Below are positions 36,780 to 45,501 of a DNA stretch of 64,000 nucleotides, piece by piece. The number at the start of each line of letters is the position of its first letter. The stretch's first letter is position 1. Position numbers and translations under genes: made by a program. The stretch lies in the IMG/VR virus record IMGVR_UViG_3300025635_000024; one strand, given 5' to 3'. The stretch comes from an uncultured virus (IMG/VR IMGVR_UViG_3300025635_000024) (Duplodnaviria; Heunggongvirae; Uroviricota; Caudoviricetes). The notes under the pieces are model-generated. The model saw only the letters and a program-made list of their open reading frames with translations. It was not told the origin of the DNA and made no database searches.

Positions 36780-36969
36780 TTTCTAGTTTCCTTGGACGCC
36801 CCATGCGTTTGGCTGGCGGCGTTAAGATGACCGAAGATGACACTCCGTCCGCAGGTTCTTCAGGCTCATCAACCCGCACGTAGCCCTGATGGCCTTTCAT
36901 GCTGTCGATATCGTGCTGATGAACGAACGTAACCGTTTGGCCACTGACCAAACATTTGAATGTCGCCAT
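36766..36969 (-). CDS. Hypothetical protein
   Basis: GGAG RBS before MATFKC. Confidence 0.6.
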   Translation of the reverse strand: MATFKCLVSGQTVTFVHQHDIDSMKGHQGYVRVDEPEEPADGVSSSVILTPPAKRMGRPRKLENVGN

Positions 36970-36986
36970 AAAATCTCCAGAAGGCA

Positions 36987-37012
36987 AACTGGGGGCGGTG
37001 GCCCCCAGTTTT
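36987..37012. terminator. Terminator hairpin after the capsid decoration gene
   Basis: AAACTGGGGGC-GGTG-GCCCCCAGTTT. Confidence 0.7.
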
Positions 37013-37338
37013 TACGCCAGTGAACGAGCTACAACAATACGCAGTGTGGCCGAAGCCAGATCTACGGTACTGCCAGATTCGTTTTGCAGACGGAATTTGA
37101 CCGTATTGGCGGCGCTGACATAGCCAGTGACCGTAATACCCACCAAATCCACGCCCAACGAAGCGCCAATCACCATGTCGCCAAGCGCTACGCCGGGGAC
37201 GGTGACGTCATCAGTCTCACCCGCACCATCAGCCAGCGAACCAGCATCCAGTGTGGCCTTGACTAGCCAAGTATTTGAGAAAAGACCGCGAAACTGGTCA
37301 TTGCCAGCGCGGACTGTTACGGAAGATGCAGTTGCCAT
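37012..37338 (-). CDS. Capsid decoration / cement protein
   Basis: 108 aa beta-rich protein directly after the MCP. Confidence 0.6.
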   Translation of the reverse strand: MATASSVTVRAGNDQFRGLFSNTWLVKATLDAGSLADGAGETDDVTVPGVALGDMVIGASLGVDLVGITVTGYVSAANTVKFRLQNESGSTVDLASATLRIVVARSLA

Positions 37339-37358
37339 GATGTTCTCCTAATTAGGTT

Positions 37359-37385
37359 AAAAATCCCCGGCCGAAGCCGGGGAGT
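37359..37385 (-). terminator. Intrinsic terminator after phage B MCP
   Basis: CCCCGGC-TTCG-GCCGGGG-ATTTT. Confidence 0.8.
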
Positions 37386-37389
37386 TTAA

Positions 37390-38361
37390 TTAGGCTGGAA
37401 CAGCCAGAGCAAAAGCCGAGGACGAGGTTGCAGCACCCGTAGTCGCGGCAGTACGCATGGCTTTAACGCCATACAGCATGTCGGACGTGAACAGCGTGCC
37501 CAGGTATTCCTGCTTGTACTGGGTCTGCGAACGAACGCCCATCTGCTCAACCAGAACCATCGATTCCTTGTGGCCCATCAGGCAGATACGGTCAGCGCCC
37601 GAGTTACCAGCGCCAGTATCAGCATTGGAAGTCACGAACACAGGGATACCGTACAGGTTGCCGATTTCGCCGTTACGGATGGCGTTGCCATCACCCACGA
37701 ATGCCTGCTCAGTGTAGCGAGCCAGACCCATCAGCGTGTTACGGCTGGATGGTGGGATGATGAAGAAACGACCGTCCATTGGGGTGTCGTTGTCGTCCAG
37801 ACGCTGGATGGTACGACGGATTGCAGCATCGGTCAGGGCAGCAGCGTTCGAGGTCGCGCTGTTGTACGCAGTGGTGCCGTCCGAGCCGATATAAGCTTTG
37901 GTGCTGGACGCCGAAGTTGCGTAGTCATCAGTGCCAATGGTGGCGCCGTTAAACGCGCGGCCAAGTTGAACCAGATCGGTGTCAACTTGCTTGGCCAGTG
38001 CATAGCCAGCATCGCTGGTATAGAACTGACGCAGCGAGTTCAGAGCTTGAGCTTCGACGATGTCTTCGATCAGGCGGCTGTACTCGTAGTGCTTGTTGAT
38101 CAGGATCTGAACTTCAGATTCAGTCGCGGCGATCAGTGTGACTGCATTGGTGGCTACTTTTGCCGAAGCCGAGCCACGGGTTGGGGCGGGAACGTGAACG
38201 GTGTCACCTTTCTTGCCCTTGAAGTTCATCTTCATCACAACATTGGCCAGAACCAGGTTCTTTTTGTAGGCCGCAACAATCTCATCACTCCAAATCTCTG
38301 GGATAAAGGTTGCTGCTGTTGTGGTTGTTACACTATTTGCTGGGGAAAATGCGGTTGCCAT
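37390..38361 (-). CDS. Phage B major capsid protein
   Basis: FIPEIWS, GDTVHVP, YALAKQVD, D.LYGVK motifs; follows the scaffold. Confidence 0.9.
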   Translation of the reverse strand: MATAFSPANSVTTTTAATFIPEIWSDEIVAAYKKNLVLANVVMKMNFKGKKGDTVHVPAPTRGSASAKVATNAVTLIAATESEVQILINKHYEYSRLIEDIVEAQALNSLRQFYTSDAGYALAKQVDTDLVQLGRAFNGATIGTDDYATSASSTKAYIGSDGTTAYNSATSNAAALTDAAIRRTIQRLDDNDTPMDGRFFIIPPSSRNTLMGLARYTEQAFVGDGNAIRNGEIGNLYGIPVFVTSNADTGAGNSGADRICLMGHKESMVLVEQMGVRSQTQYKQEYLGTLFTSDMLYGVKAMRTAATTGAATSSSAFALAVPA

Positions 38362-38389
38362 GTCTAACTCCTAAAGTCAAAAGTAAAAT

Positions 38390-39148
38390 TTACTTGACCC
38401 GTCCTTCTGCATAGGCCGCCATAATTTCATCGGACAGCGCATCGTATCTAGCCGGGTCGGTCATTTTCAGCCGAATTAGGTCAGCCCTGCGATAGACACG
38501 TTTTGAACTCTCTCCGGTACCCCCTACATCTACCTGCGCGGCTTTCAAGGTCTGCTGGCGGGCTTCCTTACCGGATTGATCCGCCTGCTTTTGCTTGATA
38601 CCGCGTATCTGCTTGTAGGTTGTCAGCAATTCATTGGCCGCATCGAAATCAAACCCGGCATCCGCCCGTGCGTAGAGCTCCAGACGAACCTGAGACGACT
38701 TAATCCATGTCTCAAAGTCCTTATCTGCCCCGATCTCCATGAAATCTGGGTGCTCTTGCGCCAAGCGCTGCTGAGTTTGCATCCGTTTGAACTCAATACC
38801 TGCCTGTTTGGCAGCAAGTACGTCAGGATGTGTCTCAACGGTCTTTTGAATCGCCTTTTGAGGGTCTTCAAAAAAGTCTACTTCAGGCTCTGCCTTCTCA
38901 ACAGGTTGAGGTTTTGACGAGAGATTCTGCTTGATGAGCTCATCGGCCAGTTTCCGCACTTCCCCGACTTCTTGCGCCTGGCGCCCAATGACCTTTTCGG
39001 CCTCCTGGTGCATCTTGACAATGTCCTCGATCGACTTTCCGCGATAGCGGTCTGGCAATTCTGGGACTTGGGGCGCTGCTAGTTCAGGTAGTTTCGCTTC
39101 TTCTGCCTCCAACTCACTAGGCATCTCTGGTTCTTTATCAATCAACAT
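38390..39148 (-). CDS. Phage B capsid scaffolding protein
   Basis: Acidic coiled coil ending EIMAAYAEGRVK, upstream of the MCP. Confidence 0.8.
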   Translation of the reverse strand: MLIDKEPEMPSELEAEEAKLPELAAPQVPELPDRYRGKSIEDIVKMHQEAEKVIGRQAQEVGEVRKLADELIKQNLSSKPQPVEKAEPEVDFFEDPQKAIQKTVETHPDVLAAKQAGIEFKRMQTQQRLAQEHPDFMEIGADKDFETWIKSSQVRLELYARADAGFDFDAANELLTTYKQIRGIKQKQADQSGKEARQQTLKAAQVDVGGTGESSKRVYRRADLIRLKMTDPARYDALSDEIMAAYAEGRVK

Positions 39149-39212
39149 GTCGAAGTTCCTTTTCCTGCCATCTTTTGGTTCTCAGGATTAAACATGAACA
39201 GGGCATTTCTGC

Positions 39213-39440
39213 TTATCTGTTCGCCTTCTGCTCGGATTTTAGCTTGTCTCGGTGGCTTTTATCAAACTTTGCGTGAGCTGTTGGAAACGCTCCCGACCAC
39301 CCTTCCAATTTAAACGCCGGTGCAGATATGGTGCGGCTGGCCGTCTTGCCGCAATTGCAACGAACTACTTTGTCTTCATATTCGACAAATCGTTCGATGC
39401 GCTCTCCACTTTCGCAGAGAAATTCAAAGATCTTTCTCAT
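39213..39440 (-). CDS. FmdB-like Zn-ribbon protein
   Basis: FEFLC...C.CG....R.ISAP.F.L.G. Confidence 0.65.
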   Translation of the reverse strand: MRKIFEFLCESGERIERFVEYEDKVVRCNCGKTASRTISAPAFKLEGWSGAFPTAHAKFDKSHRDKLKSEQKANR

Positions 39441-39663
39441 TGAGTCCCTCGTATGCCTCTTCGCTGACCTGTTTCAGGGTTTTCAGCCAATTTAGGATAG
39501 ATAACTCACCCTTCTTAAATTGTAAATCCTTTTCGTCTTGAATAGTGGATACATTATTTAAAGATGTTATCATTCCGTCAATATCTTCCAATAGATCGCG
39601 CCAGCCCTGGTGGGCCATCATGGCAAACCGATCTTCATAATAGCGTTGCAATTCTGGCGTCAT
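39424..39663 (-). CDS. Conserved head-module small protein
   Basis: 79 aa (GW..L...KGEL.IL), position before the scaffold. Confidence 0.7.
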   Translation of the reverse strand: MTPELQRYYEDRFAMMAHQGWRDLLEDIDGMITSLNNVSTIQDEKDLQFKKGELSILNWLKTLKQVSEEAYEGLNEKDL

Positions 39664-39667
39664 AGTA

Positions 39668-42337
39668 TTAGTTAAAAAACATTAAGAAATTGCCGGTAGC
39701 AAGACCAAAATTCCATCCAGTATTATTGCCTGAGTTTACGTTACCATTTGCTACAAATGCCTGCCAAGTAGCGCCACCTGTAGCTGCACTATCCTGAATA
39801 TCAAGATAAGAAACGGATACAGTGCCAGAAGCATCGGATAGTGTAAATCGAGTGCCTCCAGTAGAGCTACGGATTGACACCAAGTTGCCGGATGTGCCGG
39901 ACAAGGTGAAGTTATTTACCGTTGTTGTACTAACAGGGAACGTAATCTGGCTTGCGGTAGCGTTCGTATTAGCAATGTCGTTAAACGTATTTGCGCCGGT
40001 AATGGTCAGCGTTCCAGCACCGCCTTGGTTTAATGTGCAGTTGTAAGTGAAACTACCTCCAGCAAATGTCTTAGCACTAGCAGATGTCATTGAAATCGCA
40101 CCTGTTCCAGTACCTTGTGTTGTACTAAATCCACCAGCACCAGTAGCATTCCAAGCAGTTGATCCACTACCAGAAATTAACAACGTTCCACCGTTAAATG
40201 TTATGTTTCTTGTGTTAGCTCCCTGTGAGGATGCTGTACCAGTTGTTAAAGTAAATCCAGCAAGATTAACGGTACCCGATACAAAAGCCGTGTTTCTTGT
40301 TGACCCTATTGTTAAAGCATCTTGAAGAACGTATGTTGCACTAGGAGCATTAAAGCTAATTGGAAAATCCATTGTTTTACCATTGCTGGTAATTTGTTTA
40401 GTTCCGCTTGTTGCTCCGAATGTCATTGTCAAAGATGATGCGGTTAATGACATTCCACTAGAAAGCGTTAAGTTACCGTATATGGTTGCAGTAGACGTTG
40501 CTTGCCATGTACCCGAGTAACCTGTGAAGTTTACATTTCTTGCGGCATAACCAGTTATACTTAAAAAACTAAGTGCATATGTACCGCCAGTAAAATTAAA
40601 ACTAATGGAGTTTGCTTCTGATAATGAACCTGTTGAGACAGTAATAGCAGTTGACCCTGATGAAGTTACGTTGACTACTTGAGTACCAGTTGTTGTTAAA
40701 TTAGTTGAGACTGCATTTGTCCAAACCGTACCCGTACCAGAACAAGATATATTCCCAGTACCAAATGCAATTGTTCTTGTGTTTGAGTTGCTTGAAGAAA
40801 ATAAACCTGTTGTTAGTGTAAGATTGTTCAGGTTTAACGTACCCTGCGTTAAAGTAGTGGTAAGCGTTGAGCCTAACGTCAGATTGTTTGTAATAAGTTG
40901 AATACCGCCGCCGGGCGCATCTATTGTTATTGGCTGAGTAAATGTAATACCACCAGAATTAAGTGTCTTTGTGGAACTATTACAGAATGTGTATGTTCCA
41001 GTTCCGGTAGGTGTTACGCCTGATCCGTAAGTAAAGTCGCCGTAGAAAGTTGGCGTATTTGTACTTGACGCTAACGTCATTGCATTAGTACGTGTTGATG
41101 CGTCTAACGTACCGATATTCCAGTTACCATTGATTGTTATGGTGTTTCCAGCAGTTAATCCTGTGTTTTCAATAATTGCCGTGTCTTGAGGTAGTGGGTA
41201 GTTAGTATCTGCTACGCCTCCACCTGAACTTGTTGCCCAAGCAGTTGCAGTCCAGTTACCACCAGCCGCCAAGTTCCAATACTTGTTTGCACCAGCCACA
41301 AATGTAATATTGCTGTTGCCGCCGCAGTCTCCCAATCGAGTACCAGACAACGTACCAGCCGCGCCAGCTATTGTGATGTCTCTAAAGTCAACATCAGTCA
41401 TAGCAGCAATAGCCGCGCAAGTTAGTGTGCGTGATGTTCCAAGCGTATCGGAACGAACAAATTGTCTGCGGTTACCATTAGAACCGTTGACTGTTAGAGT
41501 TCCATTGATTGTCTGGTTTGCACCGATAGTAATATTATTAAGTCCAGCAGAACCAATCGTAGAAAACGTCAGGTTGTTAAATGTATTTGCGCCTGTGATT
41601 GTTTTTGTTAAAGTTGTTGCTGTTGTTGATGTAAAAGAAACGTTGTAGTAAGTTAAACTACCGCCAGAAAAAGTAATAAGATTTGCAGTCAGGTTTATTG
41701 TTGACGTTCCAGCATTAAGTGTTGCATTAGTGCTAGTTGTCAAAGTCCAACTTGAACTTAACGAAAGCGTTGATCCGTTTAAATTTATTGTTCTTATGTT
41801 TGAATTGCTTGAGGAAAATGTTCCAGCAGTAACCGCATAATTACTTACTGATGTATCAAATGTACCGTTAGTTAATGTCAACGAAAACGTACTAAGATTT
41901 AACGCAGAACCAAGTGTCCATGCGCCACCAACACCATTTAATGTTGTAGTTACGCCAATTGTTACGCCGTTTGTTGTAATTGTTTTGCCAGTAGTCGTGG
42001 CATTAAACGTCAAGTTACCTGATGTATTTGTAACAGAAAAGTTGGTTGCTTGATTAGTCCACGAACCAGATACGGTAAGCGAACCTGTTGTACCAAATGC
42101 AAGCGTCATTGCGCCGTCTAGTGCGGTAGGGCTACCAACGTTGAAATCGTTACAGACCGCCGCAGAAACAGTAACGGTAAAAGCGCCTGTACCTACGTTT
42201 GAGTTGGAGTCAAAGAAGACGTTATCCGCAGCCGTAGGCGCAGATGCGCCTGAAGCACCGCCAGATGATGTTGACCAATTACTTATGTTGATAGTGTTCC
42301 ACGTACCTGATCCACCAACCCAATAGCGATCTGCCAT
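39668..42337 (-). CDS. Large Thr/Gly/Asn-rich fibre or adhesin-like virion protein, copy 2 (889 aa)
   Basis: Homologous to 2394..5528 but ends right after the shared domain with GNFLMFFN. Confidence 0.75.
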   Translation of the reverse strand: MADRYWVGGSGTWNTINISNWSTSSGGASGASAPTAADNVFFDSNSNVGTGAFTVTVSAAVCNDFNVGSPTALDGAMTLAFGTTGSLTVSGSWTNQATNFSVTNTSGNLTFNATTTGKTITTNGVTIGVTTTLNGVGGAWTLGSALNLSTFSLTLTNGTFDTSVSNYAVTAGTFSSSNSNIRTINLNGSTLSLSSSWTLTTSTNATLNAGTSTINLTANLITFSGGSLTYYNVSFTSTTATTLTKTITGANTFNNLTFSTIGSAGLNNITIGANQTINGTLTVNGSNGNRRQFVRSDTLGTSRTLTCAAIAAMTDVDFRDITIAGAAGTLSGTRLGDCGGNSNITFVAGANKYWNLAAGGNWTATAWATSSGGGVADTNYPLPQDTAIIENTGLTAGNTITINGNWNIGTLDASTRTNAMTLASSTNTPTFYGDFTYGSGVTPTGTGTYTFCNSSTKTLNSGGITFTQPITIDAPGGGIQLITNNLTLGSTLTTTLTQGTLNLNNLTLTTGLFSSSNSNTRTIAFGTGNISCSGTGTVWTNAVSTNLTTTGTQVVNVTSSGSTAITVSTGSLSEANSISFNFTGGTYALSFLSITGYAARNVNFTGYSGTWQATSTATIYGNLTLSSGMSLTASSLTMTFGATSGTKQITSNGKTMDFPISFNAPSATYVLQDALTIGSTRNTAFVSGTVNLAGFTLTTGTASSQGANTRNITFNGGTLLISGSGSTAWNATGAGGFSTTQGTGTGAISMTSASAKTFAGGSFTYNCTLNQGGAGTLTITGANTFNDIANTNATASQITFPVSTTTVNNFTLSGTSGNLVSIRSSTGGTRFTLSDASGTVSVSYLDIQDSAATGGATWQAFVANGNVNSGNNTGWNFGLATGNFLMFFN

Positions 42338-42509
42338 TTATCACTCCTTTGGTTCTTCTGGAGGAGCAGTAATGACAGCAATCCAGTTATCCAGACGTTG
42401 CTGTTTCATTGCTTCAATTTCTGATTCAGTAAACGTATGATCGTCTGACAAATGCAAAGCATCACAGAACTTGCCGTACTGAGTATCAAAAGAAAAATCA
42501 ATCTTCATG
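39712..42509. repeat. Direct repeat copy 2 (~2.8 kb), with perfect core 41007-41521
   Basis: See copy 1. Confidence 0.95.
42341..42508 (-). CDS. 55-aa fibre-associated protein, copy 2 (missed by the ORF track)
   Basis: Hand translation MKIDFSFDTQYGKF...; ATGA overlap with 42505..42891. Confidence 0.75.
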   Translation of the reverse strand: MKIDFSFDTQYGKFCDALHLSDDHTFTESEIEAMKQQRLDNWIAVITAPPEEPKE

Positions 42510-42891
42510 CCAATGTCACAGAAAGGTTGCCAGATGCAATACGGAAAATGTCATCAACATCAATTACTTTAGATGTAGTCAAAGGAGTGTGATACAGCAA
42601 ATTACCACTGGTTGATGCATCCAAAATGCCAATATGCGTTATTGTCCCCCACGACGATGTGCAAGTCGGGAATTCAACCGCAGCACTATTGGTACTAACG
42701 CCATTGCTGGGCGCACCAAAAGTAACAGCAGTACGAGCATAAGAACCACCAGAGACTTCTGTACCAGTATTAGCATCGGTAGGGTCAGATGTATAAAGAG
42801 CAACATAGACTGTTGCAGGGCTTGTATAGCTCGTATTACGCAAGGTAGCGTTAATCAGAGCGTTTTCCAGATAATTCGACATTTCTGCCAT
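42505..42891 (-). CDS. Phage A virion / tail-fibre-associated protein
   Basis: MSNYLEN...YVALYT.DP......EVSGGSYAR...FP......WGTITH motif. Confidence 0.7.
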   Translation of the reverse strand: MAEMSNYLENALINATLRNTSYTSPATVYVALYTSDPTDANTGTEVSGGSYARTAVTFGAPSNGVSTNSAAVEFPTCTSSWGTITHIGILDASTSGNLLYHTPLTTSKVIDVDDIFRIASGNLSVTLA

Positions 42892-42894
42892 GAT

Positions 42895-43515
42895 TTACCT
42901 CACGTTATAAGACATTGACATAGGTTGACCACTGTATTCACTAGCTTGGTCAGACGTTGAAATAGACGCTATGGCGCGATCATACAGTGAGGCCCAGACC
43001 TGCAATCTCGCATCATTCATTAAATATGGCTCTGCTTCACCCAAAGACGCATACAACAAGGCATCAGGACAATTAGCCAGGAATACATTGCTAGAATTAC
43101 TATCGCTTAGGAGCGTAGGCTTTGCGTAATACAGCATCTGAGCCGTATATACAGAGTCAGGAATAGGTGAAAATTGAAGTTCTGAGGCCAAAACTGTATA
43201 AGTTCTAGGCAAGCCAGCTTCAGTAGACCTATTATTCGCATAAAAGGCGTTAGGAGCCTCGTAAGCCAGAGAAGTAATCGGAGTCGTATTCAGGTGAATA
43301 TCCCGCATCTCAAGGAAGTCTGTAGGCAGACCAACCTTGGAATTGCCAGCAGTCGTAGTAGCCGTAGCCACCACCAACATCTGACGGATTCTCAAGTCTC
43401 GACGCAGACGCTCCTCAGCCAACCGTATAAAGTCAGGGATAACTGAAGTCAGATCACTACGAGCTAAGTAGTTCGCTATCGTAGTCTTTAGTTCGCTATA
43501 GCTCGTAAATGCCAT
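42895..43515 (-). CDS. Phage A head-tail adaptor
   Basis: YSELKT.IA.YLARSDL...IPDFI.LAE; PDALLY.SL.EA.PYL. Confidence 0.75.
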   Translation of the reverse strand: MAFTSYSELKTTIANYLARSDLTSVIPDFIRLAEERLRRDLRIRQMLVVATATTTAGNSKVGLPTDFLEMRDIHLNTTPITSLAYEAPNAFYANNRSTEAGLPRTYTVLASELQFSPIPDSVYTAQMLYYAKPTLLSDSNSSNVFLANCPDALLYASLGEAEPYLMNDARLQVWASLYDRAIASISTSDQASEYSGQPMSMSYNVR

Positions 43516-43517
43516 GT

Positions 43518-44198
43518 CTATTTCCTGTTATTGTGCGCCTCTATAGCGCCTTCCTCTACATCATCCCATCGATACTCGTAAGTGCCAATGTGACCAATGT
43601 GCTTGGAAAGACTATGATCTACATGAGTCTGAATCCCGGCATCCAAAGCCTTGATACAGAAATGCACATCCTCGCCAATGATTCCCTTCGATCCCCAACC
43701 CACATCAAACCAAGGCTTAGGAACCTTCTCAAAGACTTCCTTACGAATCATCACCACACCAAAACCAACCGCTGTAACAGGCTCTATGCCCTCTTTATCC
43801 ATCGAATCTATCTTATGCCAAGCATGATGAATGATCTTTCCATTCTCATCCTTCTCAATCTGAAGATTCAACGCAGTCGGTAGCGTTGGCTTACGTCTTG
43901 TTACTGCATTAACACCAACAATCGGAACATCTCGGCTTAACAAAATGTCAATCGAATCACTAGGAAACCGCATATCCGAATCGATAAACATTACAGCGTC
44001 ACAGCCTTCAGCAAGAGCCGCATCAACCAGCTTTTCTCTCTGGTCAAATATCAGCGTTCCTGCCATCGTATAGAGCTTTAGCCCGTTGCCATCTTTAGAA
44101 CATCTATGTCTTGAATCTCTGCCAACCATCTTGGCAAAATCAAAAGCAAACGATGTATGAACTTCATCCCTAGCTGGTACACAAACTCCAACGATCAT
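43518..44198 (-). CDS. GT-A fold glycosyltransferase within the head-tail module
   Basis: MFIDSD (DxD), G.G..MI...VFE, GEDVHFC, GHIG. Confidence 0.75.
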   Translation of the reverse strand: MIVGVCVPARDEVHTSFAFDFAKMVGRDSRHRCSKDGNGLKLYTMAGTLIFDQREKLVDAALAEGCDAVMFIDSDMRFPSDSIDILLSRDVPIVGVNAVTRRKPTLPTALNLQIEKDENGKIIHHAWHKIDSMDKEGIEPVTAVGFGVVMIRKEVFEKVPKPWFDVGWGSKGIIGEDVHFCIKALDAGIQTHVDHSLSKHIGHIGTYEYRWDDVEEGAIEAHNNRK

Positions 44199-44491
44199 AT
44201 GGTTCCCCTATAGACTTTCCATTGTGCATTATCGGAACTATTGAGCCAACGAGCAAAAGCAACGTCATCAATGATATTAAAGCCCTTCATTATCCCCTTT
44301 TTATTCAAGTCATCAATGACCGTAAAAGGGATACGAGCTACATGGTGCATTTCATTAAGATGTCCGGTTCTTTGCTTGTCTGCCTCCAGAATTTCCTTGT
44401 TACTTTCAAGAATGTCAGTAACGTCCTGTTTAGTTTCGATGACGATACCACCATCACCGTCCGAATGTACAACCTGTTGTCTATAGTCCAT
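44195..44491 (-). CDS. Conserved hypothetical protein after the MCP
   Basis: QDVT.I, HHVARIP, WLN motifs; GAGG RBS before the ATG at 44491. Confidence 0.65.
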   Translation of the reverse strand: MDYRQQVVHSDGDGGIVIETKQDVTDILESNKEILEADKQRTGHLNEMHHVARIPFTVIDDLNKKGIMKGFNIIDDVAFARWLNSSDNAQWKVYRGTI

Positions 44492-44504
44492 AAATCCTCG
44501 TAGA

Positions 44505-44533
44505 AAAGCCCCCAACCATAAGGTCAGGGGCTA
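44505..44533 (-). terminator. Intrinsic terminator after phage A MCP
   Basis: GCCCCTGACC-TTAT-GGTTGGGGGC-TTTT. Confidence 0.75.
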
Positions 44534-44539
44534 TTTCAA

Positions 44540-45490
44540 TTACAGCGACATATCCAAGTCAGCAACGATACCGTGAGCAGCTTCGTTCTTGACTTCCAGC
44601 GTAACTTCGACCAGAACCTGAGTCTTGTCAGCATCGCCAGCTTTCGCCAGTTCGATAGTCTGGAAAGGACGCAGATAGGCCAGAGCAGCGTACTCAGGAT
44701 CAAGGATCAGAGCATCGCGGGTACGCATGAAGCGGTTAGGAACAACTGCCATATTGCCGAAGTCCGACACATAGATGTCAGCAGCACCAACGATGGCAGC
44801 AGGAGCAGCCGAACCGTTGACGTTGTAACGATATGCCGAAATACCAGTGAAGCTCGACACTTTCTGTTTACCAGCAGCGCCAACCATCAGGACTTTAGGC
44901 GAACCACCCGAGGTGAAGACTTCAGCAACAACGCCTTTCAGTAGGGCTTCAGTAAAGGTACGGGTATTACCGTCAGTACGAGTCGAAACACCGATAGTCG
45001 TAGGATCGCCACCGTTTGTCTGAACAGACGAGTTGGTCTTGATCCATGACAGCAGCGAACCCATCTTACGAGCAGTAGAGTTGCTAGAACCAGCAGAACG
45101 GCCCTGATTCGACAGCAGGATGGTTTCCAGATCGCGCTTCAGTTCTTGCGAAGCCTTAGCCAACTGGTAAGCCTTTTCCGACTTACGACCAGCCTTGTTC
45201 ACTGCGTCCAGAGTGCCAGAGACTTTGATAGTCTTTTGCAGGATCTGGGTGTAGTTACCAAGACGAGTAGTCGGAGACAGAGTAGCGTCGGAAGCGTCAG
45301 CACCTTCAACAGCAGCGTTGTTGGTGGTAGCAGCAGCCAGCGAGTCAGTCTGCCATTCGTGGTAAACAGCAGTAGCTTTGGTCTTGCCAATCGAACTCAT
45401 GAACGGAGTTTCGGTAGGCGAGATGTCATAGATTACGTCGGTCAAATCTTCGCGCTGACCGATTGCGTCGTAGGCGTTATAAATTGCCAT
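44540..45490 (-). CDS. Phage A major capsid protein (DUF5309/SU10-like)
   Basis: REDLTDVIYDISPTETPF, HEWQTD, NYTQI, ELKRDLE, SDFG, LAKAGD. Confidence 0.9.
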   Translation of the reverse strand: MAIYNAYDAIGQREDLTDVIYDISPTETPFMSSIGKTKATAVYHEWQTDSLAAATTNNAAVEGADASDATLSPTTRLGNYTQILQKTIKVSGTLDAVNKAGRKSEKAYQLAKASQELKRDLETILLSNQGRSAGSSNSTARKMGSLLSWIKTNSSVQTNGGDPTTIGVSTRTDGNTRTFTEALLKGVVAEVFTSGGSPKVLMVGAAGKQKVSSFTGISAYRYNVNGSAAPAAIVGAADIYVSDFGNMAVVPNRFMRTRDALILDPEYAALAYLRPFQTIELAKAGDADKTQVLVEVTLEVKNEAAHGIVADLDMSL

Positions 45491-45501
45491 GATTCAATCC
45501 T

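Larger units (their letters stand above)
4180..41006. mobile_element. Phage B: apparently complete, circularly permuted podovirus-like genome (36,827 bp between the identical repeat copies)
   Basis: Contains one full set of terminase, portal, scaffold, capsid, tail, internal virion, lysis and replication genes. Joining the two repeat copies restores a continuous order: portal, collagen protein, small ORF, fibre, 79aa ORF, Zn-ribbon, scaffold, MCP. Confidence 0.85.

Noticed and set aside
4180..41006. Phage B as a site-specifically integrated prophage or satellite
   Set aside because: No integrase or short att duplication, and it encodes all its own structural and replication genes.
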